Made by a program: the position numbers and the translations under genes. This document shows positions 51,477-63,502 of a stretch of DNA of 64,000 bases, piece after piece. The DNA lies in the NCBI GenBank assembly GCA_965237415.1, contig CBDEFM010000002.1:1952001-2016000 (forward strand), in the 5' to 3' direction. The notes under the pieces are model-generated. The model saw nothing but the letters and a program-made list of their open reading frames with translations, was not told the DNA's origin and searched no databases. Each line of letters starts with the position of its first letter. The stretch's first letter is position 1. This DNA is from Alphaproteobacteria bacterium (GTDB lineage: Bacteria > Pseudomonadota > Alphaproteobacteria > UBA828).

Positions 51477-52743
51477 TGCGGCTGCGGCGCGCGGCGATTG
51501 CCCTCGGCGCGGCGGTGGCGTTGCTCGCCGCCGCAGGCGAGGTGCGCGCCGCGCCTGCCGCCGTCATCGCGGTCGCTCCCGGCGAGGGGACGCTGCAGGC
51601 AGCGCTGGATACGGCTCCGCCCGGCGCGGTGCTCAGGCTGGCGCCGGGGATCTATCCGGGGTCGGTTACCATCGACCGGCCCCTCACGCTGGAGGGTGCG
51701 CCCGGCGCCATCCTCGACGGCGGCGGGCGGGGCCGGGTGCTCAGCGTCGCCGCGCCCGACGTGGTGGTGCGCGGGCTCATCGTCCGCAACTCGGGCCTCA
51801 GCCTCGCCGAGACCGACGCCGGTATCTTTCTCGACAAGCCTGCACGAGGCGCGCTGATCGAAGGCAATCGGCTGGAGAACAACCTGTTCGGCATCTATCT
51901 GCATGGCGCCAGGAACGCGCTGGTGCGGGGCAACGAGGTAATCGGGAACCGCAGCTTGCGCATGAGCGAGCGGGGCAACGGCATTCATCTGTGGGCGGCC
52001 AAGGGCTCGGTGGTCGAGGGCAACACCGTGCGCTACGGCCGCGACGGCATTTTCGTCACCACCAGCCGGAACAACGCATTTCGCAACAACAGCTTCAGCG
52101 ATCTCCGCTTCGCCATTCACTACATGTACACACACGACAGCGAGGTCAGCGGCAACGTCTCCCGCGACAACCACGTGGGCTACGCGCTGATGTATTCGGA
52201 TCGCCTGCGCGTGCTCGCTAACCGCTCCACAGGCGACCGCGACCACGGGTTTCTCTTCAACTTCACCAACAAGTCGCGCATCGAGGGCAACCTCGTGCGC
52301 GCCGGCCGCACAAAGTGCGTCTTCCTCTACAACGCGAACCGCAATGCGATCAGCGGCAACCTCTTCGAGGGCTGCGCCATCGGCATCCACTTCACCGCCG
52401 GTTCCGAAGGCAACGTCATCGCGGGCAACGGCTTCATCGGCAACGCGACGCAGGTGAAGTATGTCGGCACCCGCCACGTCGAGTGGTCCGACGACGGCGT
52501 CGGCAATTACTGGAGCGACAATCCCGGCTTCGACCTCGATGGCGACGGCATCGGCGACGTGCCCTACAGGCCCAACGACCTCGTGGATCAGGTGGTCTGG
52601 CGCCACCCGCTGGCCAAGCTGCTGCTCACCAGCCCGTCCGTGCGCATCTTGCGCTGGGCCCATGACCGCTTCCCCTCCGTCTATCCGGGCGGCGTGATCG
52701 ATTCCGCACCGCTCATGCGCCCGCCTGACCTCGGGGCCGGGTA

Positions 52744-52744
<1 letters not shown>
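51476..52744 (+). CDS. nosD: N2O reductase maturation protein
   Basis: SERGNGIHLW, RFAIHYMY, GYALMYS, GNYWSD..DLDGDGIGD. Confidence 0.95.
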
Positions 52745-53666
<922 letters not shown>

Positions 53667-53670
<4 letters not shown>

Positions 53671-54494
53671 CGGCGGTCGCCGCCATCGCCGGACGCGAGG
53701 TCCTGGCCGGCATCCGCAACCGCTGGATGCTCGCCGCCTCCCTGCTGCTCGGCGTGCTGGCGCTGACGCTGGCGTTTGTCGGCAGTACCCCGGCCGGGCC
53801 GGTCGCGGCGTCGCGTCTCGCGATCACCGTGGTGAGCCTTTCGAGCCTTTCGATCTTTCTTGTGCCGCTCATCGGGCTGCTGGTGAGCTACGACGCGCTT
53901 GTGGGTGAGATCGAGCGCGGCACGATGCCGCTCCTGATGACGTACCCGGTCACCCGCTGGCGGATCGTGCTTGGCAAGTTCGCTGGCCAGGTGGCCATCC
54001 TCGCCATCGCCACCGTGATCGGCTTCGGCGTCGCCGCGCTCATCACGGGCCTTGGCGAAGGCGGCGATGCCGAGGCCTGGCGTGCCTTCGGGGTCATGGT
54101 GGGCGGCTCGATCCTGCTGGGCGCCGCCTTCATCGCGCTCGGCACGCTTTTCAGCGCCGTGGTGGCGGAGCGCGGCACGGCGGCCGGGATCTCGGTGGCG
54201 GCATGGCTGGTCTTCGTGGTGCTCTTCGACATGGCGCTGCTCGCTATTCTCGTCGCGGACGAGGGACAGGTCGTCTCCGGCGATCTCTTCCGCGTGCTGC
54301 TTCTGCTCAACCCGACCGACGTCTACCGCATGCTGACGCTTTCCGGCTCCGAGACTGTGGGGGCGCTCTCAGGCATGGCAGGGGTGAGCGCCGAGGCCGC
54401 ATTCGGCCATGCGCTGCTGCTGCCGGTCATGGTGCTCTGGATCGCGGCGCCCCTCGCCCTCGCGGGCCTTCTGTTCGGGAGGAAGGAACTGTGA
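53667..54494 (+). CDS. nosY: Nos ABC transporter permease
   Basis: IRNRW, YDALVGEIERGT, LLLNPTDVYR. Confidence 0.93.
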
Positions 54495-55039
54495 GGCGCG
54501 CACTCGCCCTGCTGGCGGTCGCTCTCTTCGCGCTGTCGGGCGCTGCCGGCTGCGGCGGGGAGGACGAGGTGGTGGCCAAGCCGGCGCCGGTGGAGCCCAC
54601 CCGCGAGGCCTCCGGCCGCTACTGCGGTATGATCCTGCTCGATCACAGCGGGCCCAAGGCCCAGGTTCATCTGCCCGACGAGCCCGAGCCGGTGTGGTTC
54701 TCCTCGGTGCGCGATGCCATCGCCTTCAACATGCTGCCCGAGGAGCCGCGGAACTTCACAGCCATGTACGTCAACGACATGGGCGTGGCTCAGTGGGACG
54801 TGCCCGAGCCTGGCACCTGGATCGATGCGGCGGGGGCCCTTTACGTGATCGGGAGCGACCGGATGGGCGGCATGGGCGTGCCCGAGGCGGTGCCGTTCGC
54901 GGCGCGCGATGCGGCCGAGCGTTTCGTGACAGAGCACGGCGGGCGCATCGTCGCGCTGACGGATGTGCCGGAGAGCTATATCTTCGCCTACGCAGACGAG
55001 GCCGACGCGACGATGCCGGAGCACGGGGACAATCAATGA
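54491..55039 (+). CDS. nosL: Copper chaperone lipoprotein
   Basis: Lipobox AAGC, YCGM..HSGPKAQ, FSSVRD, YVNDM, GGMG. Confidence 0.93.
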   Translation: MRRALALLAVALFALSGAAGCGGEDEVVAKPAPVEPTREASGRYCGMILLDHSGPKAQVHLPDEPEPVWFSSVRDAIAFNMLPEEPRNFTAMYVNDMGVAQWDVPEPGTWIDAAGALYVIGSDRMGGMGVPEAVPFAARDAAERFVTEHGGRIVALTDVPESYIFAYADEADATMPEHGDNQ

Positions 55040-56061
55040 ATCGGTGGCCCGGTGCCGCGCCGACGCGGCGGCGCTTCATCGCCATTGCGGCAGCGGCGGC
55101 CGGCCTGCCGCTCGCGGCGGTCGGGGCGGCCGGGGCGGAGACGGCGCATCTACACCGCTGGTCCGGCATCGCGTTGGGAGCGGCGGCCCAGATCGTCCTG
55201 CACGACCCGGACGGTGCCCGCGCGCGCCGGCTGATCGCGCGCTGCGTCGCCGAGATCGACCGGATGGAGGACGTGTTCAGCCTGTACCGGCCCGAGAGCG
55301 CGATCTGCCGGCTCAACCGGCACGGACGGCTTGCGGCGCCGCCTCTGGAACTGGTCGCGTTGCTGGCGGAGGCCCGCTCCTACTCGGAGCGGACGGAGGG
55401 CGCCTTCGACGTGACCGTGCAACCGCTCTGGCGCCTCTATGCCGCGCATTTTTCCCGTCCCGGTGCCGATCCGCGCGGGCCGGCCGAGGCCGATCTCGCA
55501 CAGGCGCAGGCGCTTGTTGACTACAGGGCCGTGGAGATTGAGCCTTCGGAGGTCCGCTTCGCCCGGCCGCACATGGCGATCACCCTCAACGGCATCGCCC
55601 AGGGCTACATTACCGACCGCGTGGCGGCCCTCCTCGAAGGCGCCGGCATGGGCGACGTACTGCTCGACATCGGCGAATGCCGGGCGCTCGGCCGTCATCC
55701 CGATGGGCGCCCCTGGCGGGTCGGCCTCCGCCGGGCGGCGGAGCCGGAGACGATCGCCCGCACCATCGCCCTTGCCGACCGTGCCGTCGCCACCTCGGCC
55801 GGCATCGCCAGCCCGTTCGAGCCGAGCGGCCGCCACCACCACCTGTTCGACCCCGCGACCGGCAGGCCGGCACCGGGCGCCGGGCAGGTCTCGGTGATCG
55901 CGCCCCGCGCCACTATGGCCGACGCGCTCTCCACAGCGTTCGCCGTGTCCCCGCCCGCGCGCGCCGCCGCGTATGCGGCCCGCTTCCCAGATATAACCGT
56001 GCTGACCGACACGGCGAGCCAACCGTCGTGGCGGCTCCCCTCCGTCGCACAGCTTGGTTAG
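55036..56061 (+). CDS. nosX: FAD:protein FMN transferase (ApbE family)
   Basis: Tat motif [47 protein letters not shown]. Confidence 0.92.
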   Translation: MNRWPGAAPTRRRFIAIAAAAAGLPLAAVGAAGAETAHLHRWSGIALGAAAQIVLHDPDGARARRLIARCVAEIDRMEDVFSLYRPESAICRLNRHGRLAAPPLELVALLAEARSYSERTEGAFDVTVQPLWRLYAAHFSRPGADPRGPAEADLAQAQALVDYRAVEIEPSEVRFARPHMAITLNGIAQGYITDRVAALLEGAGMGDVLLDIGECRALGRHPDGRPWRVGLRRAAEPETIARTIALADRAVATSAGIASPFEPSGRHHHLFDPATGRPAPGAGQVSVIAPRATMADALSTAFAVSPPARAAAYAARFPDITVLTDTASQPSWRLPSVAQLG

Positions 56062-56100
56062 GATGCGCCCCGACTCCTCTTGCCGTTGAGCGGGCGCCCG

Positions 56101-57072
56101 ATGGCCGTCTACACCGAAGTCTCCGACGACGAGCTTGCCGCGTTCATCGCGGAGTACGACATCGGCACGGCGCTCTCCTGCAAGGGCATCGCCGAGGGGG
56201 TCGAGAACACCAACTATCTGCTGCTGACCGAGGGCGGCCCCTACATCCTCACGCTCTACGAGAAGCGGGTCGACGCCAAGGACCTGCCGTTCTTCCTCGG
56301 GCTGATAGAGCATCTGGCGGACCGCGGCGTGCCCTGCCCGGTGCCGGTTCATGGCAGGGATGGCGCAGTGCTCCGCACGCTCTGCGAGCGCCCGGCGGCG
56401 ATCACGAGCTTCCTCGCCGGCGTCTGGCCGAGGCGCCCGCGGCCCGGCCACTGCGCGGAGCTGGGCGAGGCGCTCGCGCGGATGCACCTCGCGGGCCTCG
56501 ACTACGCCCAACGCCGCGCCAACGCGCTCTCGGTCGAGAGCTGGCGGCCGCTCTTCGAGAAGTGCCGCGCCGGCGCCGACGGCGTGGTGCCCGGCCTCTC
56601 GGCCGAGGTCGCGGCGACGCTCGACCGCATCGAGGCGGAATGGCCCCGCGATCTGCCGCGCGGCGTGGTCCACGCCGATCTCTTCCCCGACAACGTCTTC
56701 TTCAACCGCGAGAAGCTCAGCGGCCTGATCGATTTCTACTTCGCGTGCAACGACGCGCTCGTCTACGACCTGGCCGTCTGCCTCAATGCCTGGTGCTTCG
56801 AGCCCGACCTCAGCTTCAACGTCACCAAGGCGCGCCACATGATCGCGCGCTACCGCGCGGTGCGCCGCTGCTCGGAGGCCGAGATCGCAGCGCTCCCGCG
56901 GCTCGCCGAGGGCGCCGCGCTGCGCTTCCTGCTGACCCGCCTCTACGACTGGATCAACCAGGTGGACGGCGCCCTGGTGCGCCCCAAGGACCCGCGCGAG
57001 TATCTGCACAAGCTCCGCTTCCACCGCGGCGTCTCGGACCCGCGCGCCTACGGGATCGACATCGACGCATGA
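56101..57072 (+). CDS. thrB: Homoserine kinase type II
   Basis: [37 protein letters not shown]. Confidence 0.95.
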   Translation: MAVYTEVSDDELAAFIAEYDIGTALSCKGIAEGVENTNYLLLTEGGPYILTLYEKRVDAKDLPFFLGLIEHLADRGVPCPVPVHGRDGAVLRTLCERPAAITSFLAGVWPRRPRPGHCAELGEALARMHLAGLDYAQRRANALSVESWRPLFEKCRAGADGVVPGLSAEVAATLDRIEAEWPRDLPRGVVHADLFPDNVFFNREKLSGLIDFYFACNDALVYDLAVCLNAWCFEPDLSFNVTKARHMIARYRAVRRCSEAEIAALPRLAEGAALRFLLTRLYDWINQVDGALVRPKDPREYLHKLRFHRGVSDPRAYGIDIDA

Positions 57073-57503
57073 GGGTCACGATCTTTACCGACGGCGCGTG
57101 TCGCGGCAATCCGGGGCCGGGCGGCTGGGGCGCGGTGATGAGCTGCGACGGCCACTACCGCGAGTTGAGCGGCGCGCACCCGCAAACCACCAACAACCGC
57201 ATGGAGCTCACCGCCGCGATCCGGGCGCTGGAGGCGCTCAACCGCCCCTCCGAGGTCACGCTCTACACCGACAGCACCTACGTGAAGGACGGGATCACCC
57301 AGTGGCTGCCCAACTGGAAAGCCAGAGGCTGGCGCACCGCGGCCAAGGCGCCGGTCAAGAACCGCGACCTGTGGGAGGCCCTCGACGCGCTTGCCAACCG
57401 CCACGACGTGACCTGGCACTGGGTGCGGGGCCATGCCGGCAATCCCGCGAACGAGCGCGCCGACACACTCGCGCGGGCGGCGCTGAAGGCGGAGGCGACG
57501 TAG
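57069..57503 (+). CDS. rnhA: Ribonuclease HI
   Basis: [41 protein letters not shown]. Confidence 0.96.
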   Translation: MRVTIFTDGACRGNPGPGGWGAVMSCDGHYRELSGAHPQTTNNRMELTAAIRALEALNRPSEVTLYTDSTYVKDGITQWLPNWKARGWRTAAKAPVKNRDLWEALDALANRHDVTWHWVRGHAGNPANERADTLARAALKAEAT

Positions 57504-57656
57504 GCGGACGCGCTCGCTCTTGCTCTGCATGGCGCGATCCTGATGCAGAAGCCGCGCATCCTGCATCGCACCATGGTCCGGAGAATCGGGCGGGGGGAGA
57601 GGCCCAGGCCCTAATGAGAATTTCGGGCCTGAAACCTGCCGCCAGCCGCGGGACTG

Positions 57657-60600
57657 TTACTCCGCAGCGCTGACCTGCGGCGCGGGTGCACGGAAGGCGG
57701 CGAGGAGCTCGGCCTCGCGCTCCTTCGCGCAGGCGATGTTGGCCTCCTTCACATGGCCGAAGCCGCGCATGGCGAGCGGCACCTCGGCGATCTCCACGGC
57801 GAGCGCATGGTTGTCCGAATCGAGGCCGGCGATCAGCGCCTCCACCGTGGCCTCGTACTCGCCGATCAGCGCGCGCTCCCGCCGCCGCTCGGCGGTGTAG
57901 CCGAAGGGGTCGAGCGGAGTCCCGCGCAGGCCCTTGAATGCCGCGAGCAACCGAAAGGCCGTGAGCATCCAGGGGCCGAAGAGGCGCTTCTTCAGGTGGC
58001 CGGTCGCCGGGTCGCGCCCGGCGATGAGCGGCGGCGCCATGCTGAAGCGGAGGCCGACCGCTCCCTCGAACTGCGCCTCCACCTGGGCCCGGAAGCGGCC
58101 GTCGGTATAGAGCCGGGCGACCTCGTATTCGTCCTTGTAGGCGAGCAGCTTGTGATAGGCGCGGGCGACCGCCTCGCCGAACCCCTTGCGGCCCGGCGCC
58201 CGCGCCCGCTCGGCCTCGCGCGCGCGGCCCACCAGCGCGCGGTAGCGGGCGGCGTAGGCCGTGTCCTGATAGGCCCTGAGGTCGGAAGCGCGGCGCTCGA
58301 TCAGCGCGTCGAGTCCCTCTGGCCGAGGAGGCTGGGGCACGGTACCCGTCTCGGCCGCCGCTGCGGCAACGGCCTCAGGATCGTTCGCGGCAGCGCGGCC
58401 CCAGCGGAAGGCACGCAGGTTGGCCTCGACGGCGACGCCGTTGAGCGCGATCGCCCGCTCCAGGGCCTCGGCGCCCAGCGGGATCTGGCCGCGCTGGTAG
58501 GCGAAGCCCAAGAGGAAGAGGTTGGCGTAGACGGCATCGCCGATCAGTGCCGTCGCCATGCGGGTCGCGTCGACGACGTCGAGCGCGCGTGCCGCCGCTC
58601 CGACCACCCGCTCCAGCTGATCGGCGGGGAAGTCGAGGTCGGGCGCGCGGGTGAAATCGCCAGTCGTGATCGGGCCGCCGTTGACCACGGCGTGGGAGGT
58701 GCTGCGGTCGAGCCGGGCCACCGCCTCGCGGCTCGCCGCCACAACCAGGTCGACGCCCAGCAGCAGCCTGGCGCCGCCTGTGGCGATCCGCACCGCATGG
58801 AGATCCTCTGCCCGCTCGGCAATACGGATGTGGCTGGTGACGGCGCCGTACTTCTGGGCGAGGCCCGCCTTGTCGAGGACCGTGGCCCCCTTGCCCTCGA
58901 GCCGTGCCGCCGTACCCAGCAGCGCGCCGAGGGTGACGATCCCGGTGCCCCCGACTCCTGCAAGCAGGATGCCGTAGGGCTCGGCGCAGGAGGGGCGAGC
59001 GGGCTCCGGCAGCGCGGCGATCGGCTGCTCGGAGACGCCGGACGATGCGCCAGAGCGCCTGCGCCCCCCCTTGACCAGCACGAAGCTCGGGCAGAAACCC
59101 TTGATGCAGGAAAAATCCTTGTTGCAGGCGGATTGGTCGATCGCTCGCTTGCGGCCGAACTCGGTCTCCAGCGGCACGACCGAGAGGCAGTTCGACTGCA
59201 CGCCGCAATCGCCGCAGCCCTCGCACACGTCCGGGTTGATGATGACGCGCCAGTCGGGGTCCTCCAGCAGGCCGCGCTTGCGCCTGCGCCGCTTCTCGGT
59301 CGCGCACATCTGGTCGTAGACGATGGCCGAGACCCCCTCCCACTCGCGCAGCTCGCGCTGCACCTGGTCGAGCGCGTCCCGGTGATGGATCGTCACGCCG
59401 TCGGCGAACTGCCCGTCGAAGGGGTATTTCTCGGGCTGGTCGGTGACCACGGCGATGCGGCCGACGCCTTCCGCCTGAATCTGGCGGGTCACGCGCTGGA
59501 CCGAGAGCGGCCCGTCCATCGGCTGGCCGCCGGTCATCGCCACGGCGTCGTTGTAGAGAATCTTGTAGGTCATGTTGACGTCGGCGGAGACCGCAGCCCG
59601 GATCGCCAGAATGCCGGAGTGAAAATAAGTGCCGTCGCCGATGTTCTGGAAGACGTGCGGGGTCTCGGTGAAGGGCGCCTGCCCGATCCAGCTCGCGCCC
59701 TCGCCCCCCATGTGGGTGAAGGTCGCGGTCTCCCGGTCCATCCACTGCGCCATGTAGTGGCAGCCGATGCCGGCGAGCGCGCGGCTCCCCTCCGGCACCT
59801 TCGTCGAGCTGTTGTGGGGGCAGCCCGAGCAGAAGTAGGGCACGCGCTCCATCGCCGCAGGCTCGGCGGCTTCGCTCTCCGCCCACCGGGCCCGCAGAAG
59901 GGCTACACGAGCCTCGATGCGCTCGTCCGTACCGAAGCGCTGGAGGCGGGCGGCCAGCGTCTGCGCAACCCCGCCGGGGTCGAGTTCGCCCGAGGCGCGG
60001 AGCAGCGGCCGTCCCTCCTCGTCGCACTTGCCGATGACGCGGGGGCGCGCGCTCGCGGGCAGGTTGTAGAGCAGCTCCTTGATCTGGTTCTCGATGAAGC
60101 CGCGCTTCTCCTCGACGACGAGAATCTCGTCGAGCCCGCCGGCGAAGCGCCTGATGCCGTCGGGCTCCAGCGGCCAGCTCATGCCGACCTTGTAGAGGGC
60201 GAGGCCTAAGCGCCGTGCCGTCCCCTCGTCGATATCGAGGTCGTCGAGCGCCTGGCGCACGTCGAGGTAGGACTTGCCGGTGGTCACGATGCCGAGCCGG
60301 CGCCCCGGCCCGTCGATCACGGTGCGGTCGAGCCTGTTCGCCCGGCCGTAGGCGCGCGCGGCGTCGAGCTTGTATTCGAGAAGGCGCTCCTCCTGATCGA
60401 GCGGCGTGTCGGGCAGGCGGATGTTGAGCCCGCCGGCGGGCAGCACGTGGTCTTCCGGCCTGACGATGGCGACGCGGTGCGGGTCCACCGAGACGATGGC
60501 CGAGCTGTCCACCGTCTCGGCGATGCAGATGAAGCCGACCCAGAGGCCGGCGTAGCGCGAGAGCCCCCAGCCGTGGAGCCCATAGTCCAGAAACTCCTGG

Positions 60601-61127
60601 ACGCCCGCCGGGTTGATCACCGGCATGGCCGCGCTCATGAAGTCGAACTCGCTCTGATGCGCCGTCGTCGACGAGGCGCAGACGTGGTCGTCGCCGGCCA
60701 GCGCGAGTACGCCGCCGTGGGGCGCCGTGCCGGCGTTGTTGGCATGCTTGAAGACGTCCATCGTGCGGTCGACACCCGGCCCCTTGCCGTACCAGATGGC
60801 GAAGACGCCGTCGTGCTTGGCACCGGGGAAGAGCCCCACCTGCTGCGTGCCCCAGAGCGCGGTGGCTGCCGTGTCCTCGTTGACGCCGGGTTGGAAGTGC
60901 ACGCCGTGCTTCTCCAGGAACGGCCGCGCCTGCCAGAGCGCCCGGTCGAAATTGCCGAGCGGCGAGCCCCGGTAGCCCGAGATCATGCAGGCCGTCTCGA
61001 GCCCGGCCGCCTGGTCCCGCAAGTACTGGATCATCGGCAGCCTGACCAGCGCCTGGGTGCCGGTCATGTAGACGTCCCCCGACGGGGCGGCGTACTTGTC
61101 GTCGAGAGTGACCGCGGCGAGCGTCAT
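57657..61127 (-). CDS. Indolepyruvate:ferredoxin oxidoreductase family protein (fused alpha/beta subunits)
   Basis: SGYRGSPLG, WYGKGPGVDR, PYFCSGCPHN, GDGTYFHSG, CEGCGDC, GVGGTG, AYKDEYEVAR. Confidence 0.94.
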   Translation of the reverse strand: MTLAAVTLDDKYAAPSGDVYMTGTQALVRLPMIQYLRDQAAGLETACMISGYRGSPLGNFDRALWQARPFLEKHGVHFQPGVNEDTAATALWGTQQVGLFPGAKHDGVFAIWYGKGPGVDRTMDVFKHANNAGTAPHGGVLALAGDDHVCASSTTAHQSEFDFMSAAMPVINPAGVQEFLDYGLHGWGLSRYAGLWVGFICIAETVDSSAIVSVDPHRVAIVRPEDHVLPAGGLNIRLPDTPLDQEERLLEYKLDAARAYGRANRLDRTVIDGPGRRLGIVTTGKSYLDVRQALDDLDIDEGTARRLGLALYKVGMSWPLEPDGIRRFAGGLDEILVVEEKRGFIENQIKELLYNLPASARPRVIGKCDEEGRPLLRASGELDPGGVAQTLAARLQRFGTDERIEARVALLRARWAESEAAEPAAMERVPYFCSGCPHNSSTKVPEGSRALAGIGCHYMAQWMDRETATFTHMGGEGASWIGQAPFTETPHVFQNIGDGTYFHSGILAIRAAVSADVNMTYKILYNDAVAMTGGQPMDGPLSVQRVTRQIQAEGVGRIAVVTDQPEKYPFDGQFADGVTIHHRDALDQVQRELREWEGVSAIVYDQMCATEKRRRRKRGLLEDPDWRVIINPDVCEGCGDCGVQSNCLSVVPLETEFGRKRAIDQSACNKDFSCIKGFCPSFVLVKGGRRRSGASSGVSEQPIAALPEPARPSCAEPYGILLAGVGGTGIVTLGALLGTAARLEGKGATVLDKAGLAQKYGAVTSHIRIAERAEDLHAVRIATGGARLLLGVDLVVAASREAVARLDRSTSHAVVNGGPITTGDFTRAPDLDFPADQLERVVGAAARALDVVDATRMATALIGDAVYANLFLLGFAYQRGQIPLGAEALERAIALNGVAVEANLRAFRWGRAAANDPEAVAAAAAETGTVPQPPRPEGLDALIERRASDLRAYQDTAYAARYRALVGRAREAERARAPGRKGFGEAVARAYHKLLAYKDEYEVARLYTDGRFRAQVEAQFEGAVGLRFSMAPPLIAGRDPATGHLKKRLFGPWMLTAFRLLAAFKGLRGTPLDPFGYTAERRRERALIGEYEATVEALIAGLDSDNHALAVEIAEVPLAMRGFGHVKEANIACAKEREAELLAAFRAPAPQVSAAE

Positions 61128-61208
61128 CGCTACTCCTGTCCTCAGCGTCCGGCTCTTCTTGGAGCGAGGCCGCAAGCGGCCGCCGCCCGGTGCGCGGCCG
61201 CAGCGCCA

Positions 61209-62159
61209 TCATACCCCATGGTGCCGTCCCGGCGCGAAGGGGCGGCGTGCGATGGGACGTGCCAAGCGATTTTCTGCGAGATTTGCCAGGATCGGGCCGC
61301 AGAAGGCGTGACGCGCCGGCGCCACCTGCGTCCCCTCTCCGCCGCGCGCGGCAACCGACGATGCGTCGACCATAAGGAGGGCCGGACCGCAGGTCCGGAG
61401 CGCGCGACCGCGCGCCGCGCCGAATGGCGCGTAGGCAAGCGAGCGGAGCGAGCGCCCGCCGTTGAGGGATTTGAAAGAAGACACGCCCGACACATTTTCT
61501 GGGCGGGATTCGCCGGGATTAAGTGGGATTAACTGGGATAAGTGGGAGTCCGCAGGATTCCACGGGTCGACCGGGGCCGATGCGACGGCGCGCGCAGGCC
61601 GACGGGGCCTCCCCTCGACGACCTCGCGGATGGCGGCGACGGCCTCGGGCGAGAGGCCCTTCCTGACCGGCGCCTGGCCCGCGCCGGGCGCGGCCCTGGC
61701 CGCCTTCGCCGCCGCCCGCTCCCGCTCGAGGCGGAGCTTGTCGGTGCCTTCGATGCGCCTGAGGACCAGCGCCAGGCGGGCGAGCTCTTCCGTCGACACG
61801 GGCTCCTCGCGACGGCTGAGATCGGCCAGGGCGGAGAGCGTCAGCGTCCGCAGGGTCTCGATCAGGATGAGCCCCGCGCTGCCCTCGGTGCGCTCGCCGA
61901 GCGCACGCACCCACGCCTCGTTGGCGCGGTCGGCCTCCTGCTGCTGGCGGATCAGGTCGCGCACGTTCTTGACGTAGCGGCCGACGGCCGAGCGCGAGCA
62001 CGCGCCGCCCTCCGCCCGGATGCGGGCCGTGATTTCGTCGATGGTGGCGCCGTCTGCGATGGCCGCATCGACGGCCTCACGCAGGGTGGGCGGCAGCCGC
62101 GCGATCAAGGAGCGCCCGAACGTCGCGGCTGTCGTAGTCTGTCGGGTTTCGTTTTGCAT
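61209..62159 (-). CDS. Mu gp27/DUF3486-like protein; ORF reads on through downstream repeats
   Basis: GRSLIARLPPTLREAVDAAI..TIDEI..SRSAVGRY and GLSPEAVAAIRE resemble Mu-like phage gp27; family resemblance ends near 61610. Confidence 0.75.
   Translation of the reverse strand: MQNETRQTTTAATFGRSLIARLPPTLREAVDAAIADGATIDEITARIRAEGGACSRSAVGRYVKNVRDLIRQQQEADRANEAWVRALGERTEGSAGLILIETLRTLTLSALADLSRREEPVSTEELARLALVLRRIEGTDKLRLERERAAAKAARAAPGAGQAPVRKGLSPEAVAAIREVVEGRPRRPARAVASAPVDPWNPADSHLSQLIPLNPGESRPENVSGVSSFKSLNGGRSLRSLAYAPFGAARGRALRTCGPALLMVDASSVAARGGEGTQVAPARHAFCGPILANLAENRLARPIARRPFAPGRHHGV
61382..61480 (+). repeat. Dispersed repeat of about 100 bp (second copy)
   Basis: Homologous to 40044-40142; exact 23-bp core CAAGCGAGCGGAGCGAGCGCCCG. 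Confidence 0.8.
61493..61547 (-). repeat. TCCCACTTAA-type 10-bp tandem array
   Basis: Minus strand TCCCACTTA TCCCAGTTAA TCCCACTTAA TCCCGGCGAA TCCCGCCCAG AAAATGT. Confidence 0.85.
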
Positions 62160-62362
62160 GAGGCGATGCTGGCGCGCCGAGCCCCCGCCCTCCACCGCAC
62201 CATGGTGCGTCGCGCGAGCCTGAAAGGTCTCGCGCGCGACAGATAGGGTTGTGAGTGTAGCCGACGGAGCGTCGCATGAATCGGCAATGGAAAGTCGGAT
62301 GAAACCCTGGAATATCGGCTGGAAATCCGGGCCGGGCTCGCGGTCGAATTGGCCTGGAAATT

Positions 62363-62462
62363 TAGGCCGCACTTCTCACCAAGGTCATGGCCTGCGTCGC
62401 GCGGGACGCGCGCGGAGCGCACGATGCGTCCAGGCGTTCGATCCGCCAGGAGCGGGCCGAGA
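62363..62462 (+). mobile_element. Partial (left arm) copy of the tpiA MITE family
   Basis: TAGGCCGCACTTCTCACCAAGGTCATGGCCTGCGTCGCGC...CCAGGCGTTCGATCCGCCAGGAGCGGGCCGA aligns with 34883-34953. Confidence 0.8.
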
Positions 62463-62604
62463 ACTTGAATCACGTCGTCTGTCATATGACCCTCACCCAC
62501 ACCAGCCCGCTCAAGAGCGATAACCGGCGTCCGGTCTCCAGGAAATTGGCGCGACCGTCGAACGCGAGCCGCGGGCGGTATTCAGCCAGCACCTCCAGCC
62601 GCAC

Positions 62605-63244
62605 CGCCTGAGCGGCGGATGCATGGCGTGCTCGCGCATCAGGCGCTTGATCTTCTTGTGGTTGACGATCCAGCCCCGATGCCTGCACGCCGCCTGCATG
62701 CGTCTCCAGCCGTAGGCTTCGAACTCGTCCTTGATCGCGTGCTTGGCCTCGACCAGGGCGGTGTCGTCGACCGATGCCCTTGGTTCGTCGTAGTAGGTGG
62801 AGCGTGCGATCCCCATCAGCCGGCATCCTTGGGCGATGGAGAGGCCTCTGGGCCGGTGATGACGGACATGGGCGCGCTTCTCGGCCGTGTCGTCCTTGCT
62901 GCAGCGCCCCCCTTAGGAACTCGAGCTCGAGGGCCTGCTTGCCCACCAGGCGTTCGAGGGCCGCGATCCGGGCCTCGTACTCCTGGATCGTGCTGGCCGC
63001 CTCGGCGTCCTCGTCGAAGGCGCCGGCCTCGTACTTCTCCACCCAGATCCGATGGGGTGCGGGAGAGCTCGTGGCGGCGTGCCAGGCTGTGGAGGGTCTC
63101 GCCGGCGAGATACTCCTGAACGACCTGGCGCTTGAAGGCGATGCTGTGGGTGCGGTGCTTTGCCATGGGCGTCGATCCCTCGAATGCCCGACGCACCGGT
63201 CAAATCATTTCAATCCGCCTGTCCGACCCAAGGGGCCCACTCCA
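62605..63244 (-). mobile_element. IS3-family remnant (frameshifted orfA, truncated orfB)
   Basis: Left end TGGAGTGGGCCCCTTGGGTCGGACAG; orfA from 63166 MAKHRTHSIAFKRQVV with frameshift near 63053; orfB MGIARSTYY..YGWRRM..VNHKKIKRLMRE ends before the DDE core. Confidence 0.88.
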
Positions 63245-63502
63245 GAGCGGCGTTGAACTTATGTGGCATTTAAACCGACCCCAGCGGTGAAAGAAGCCAA
63301 TGATAAGACTTGTTCGCGATGATCCATGCAAAAAGGTGGGACCGAAGTGTCTCAAGCGGCACACTATGCCGGAATGTCCGCCTGGGCTCAGCTGCCACGA
63401 AACTGACTCAATCGCCGACGTCAAAATTCGTTGAAGTTACGAAAATTCCGCCCCCCGTGGTTGACAAGGGGCGGTTGGCGCCAAGAGCCGGTCGTGATCG
63501 GC

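Noticed and set aside
61209-62159. Mu-like prophage
   Set aside because: No terminase large subunit, portal, capsid, tail or MuA/MuB genes in the window.
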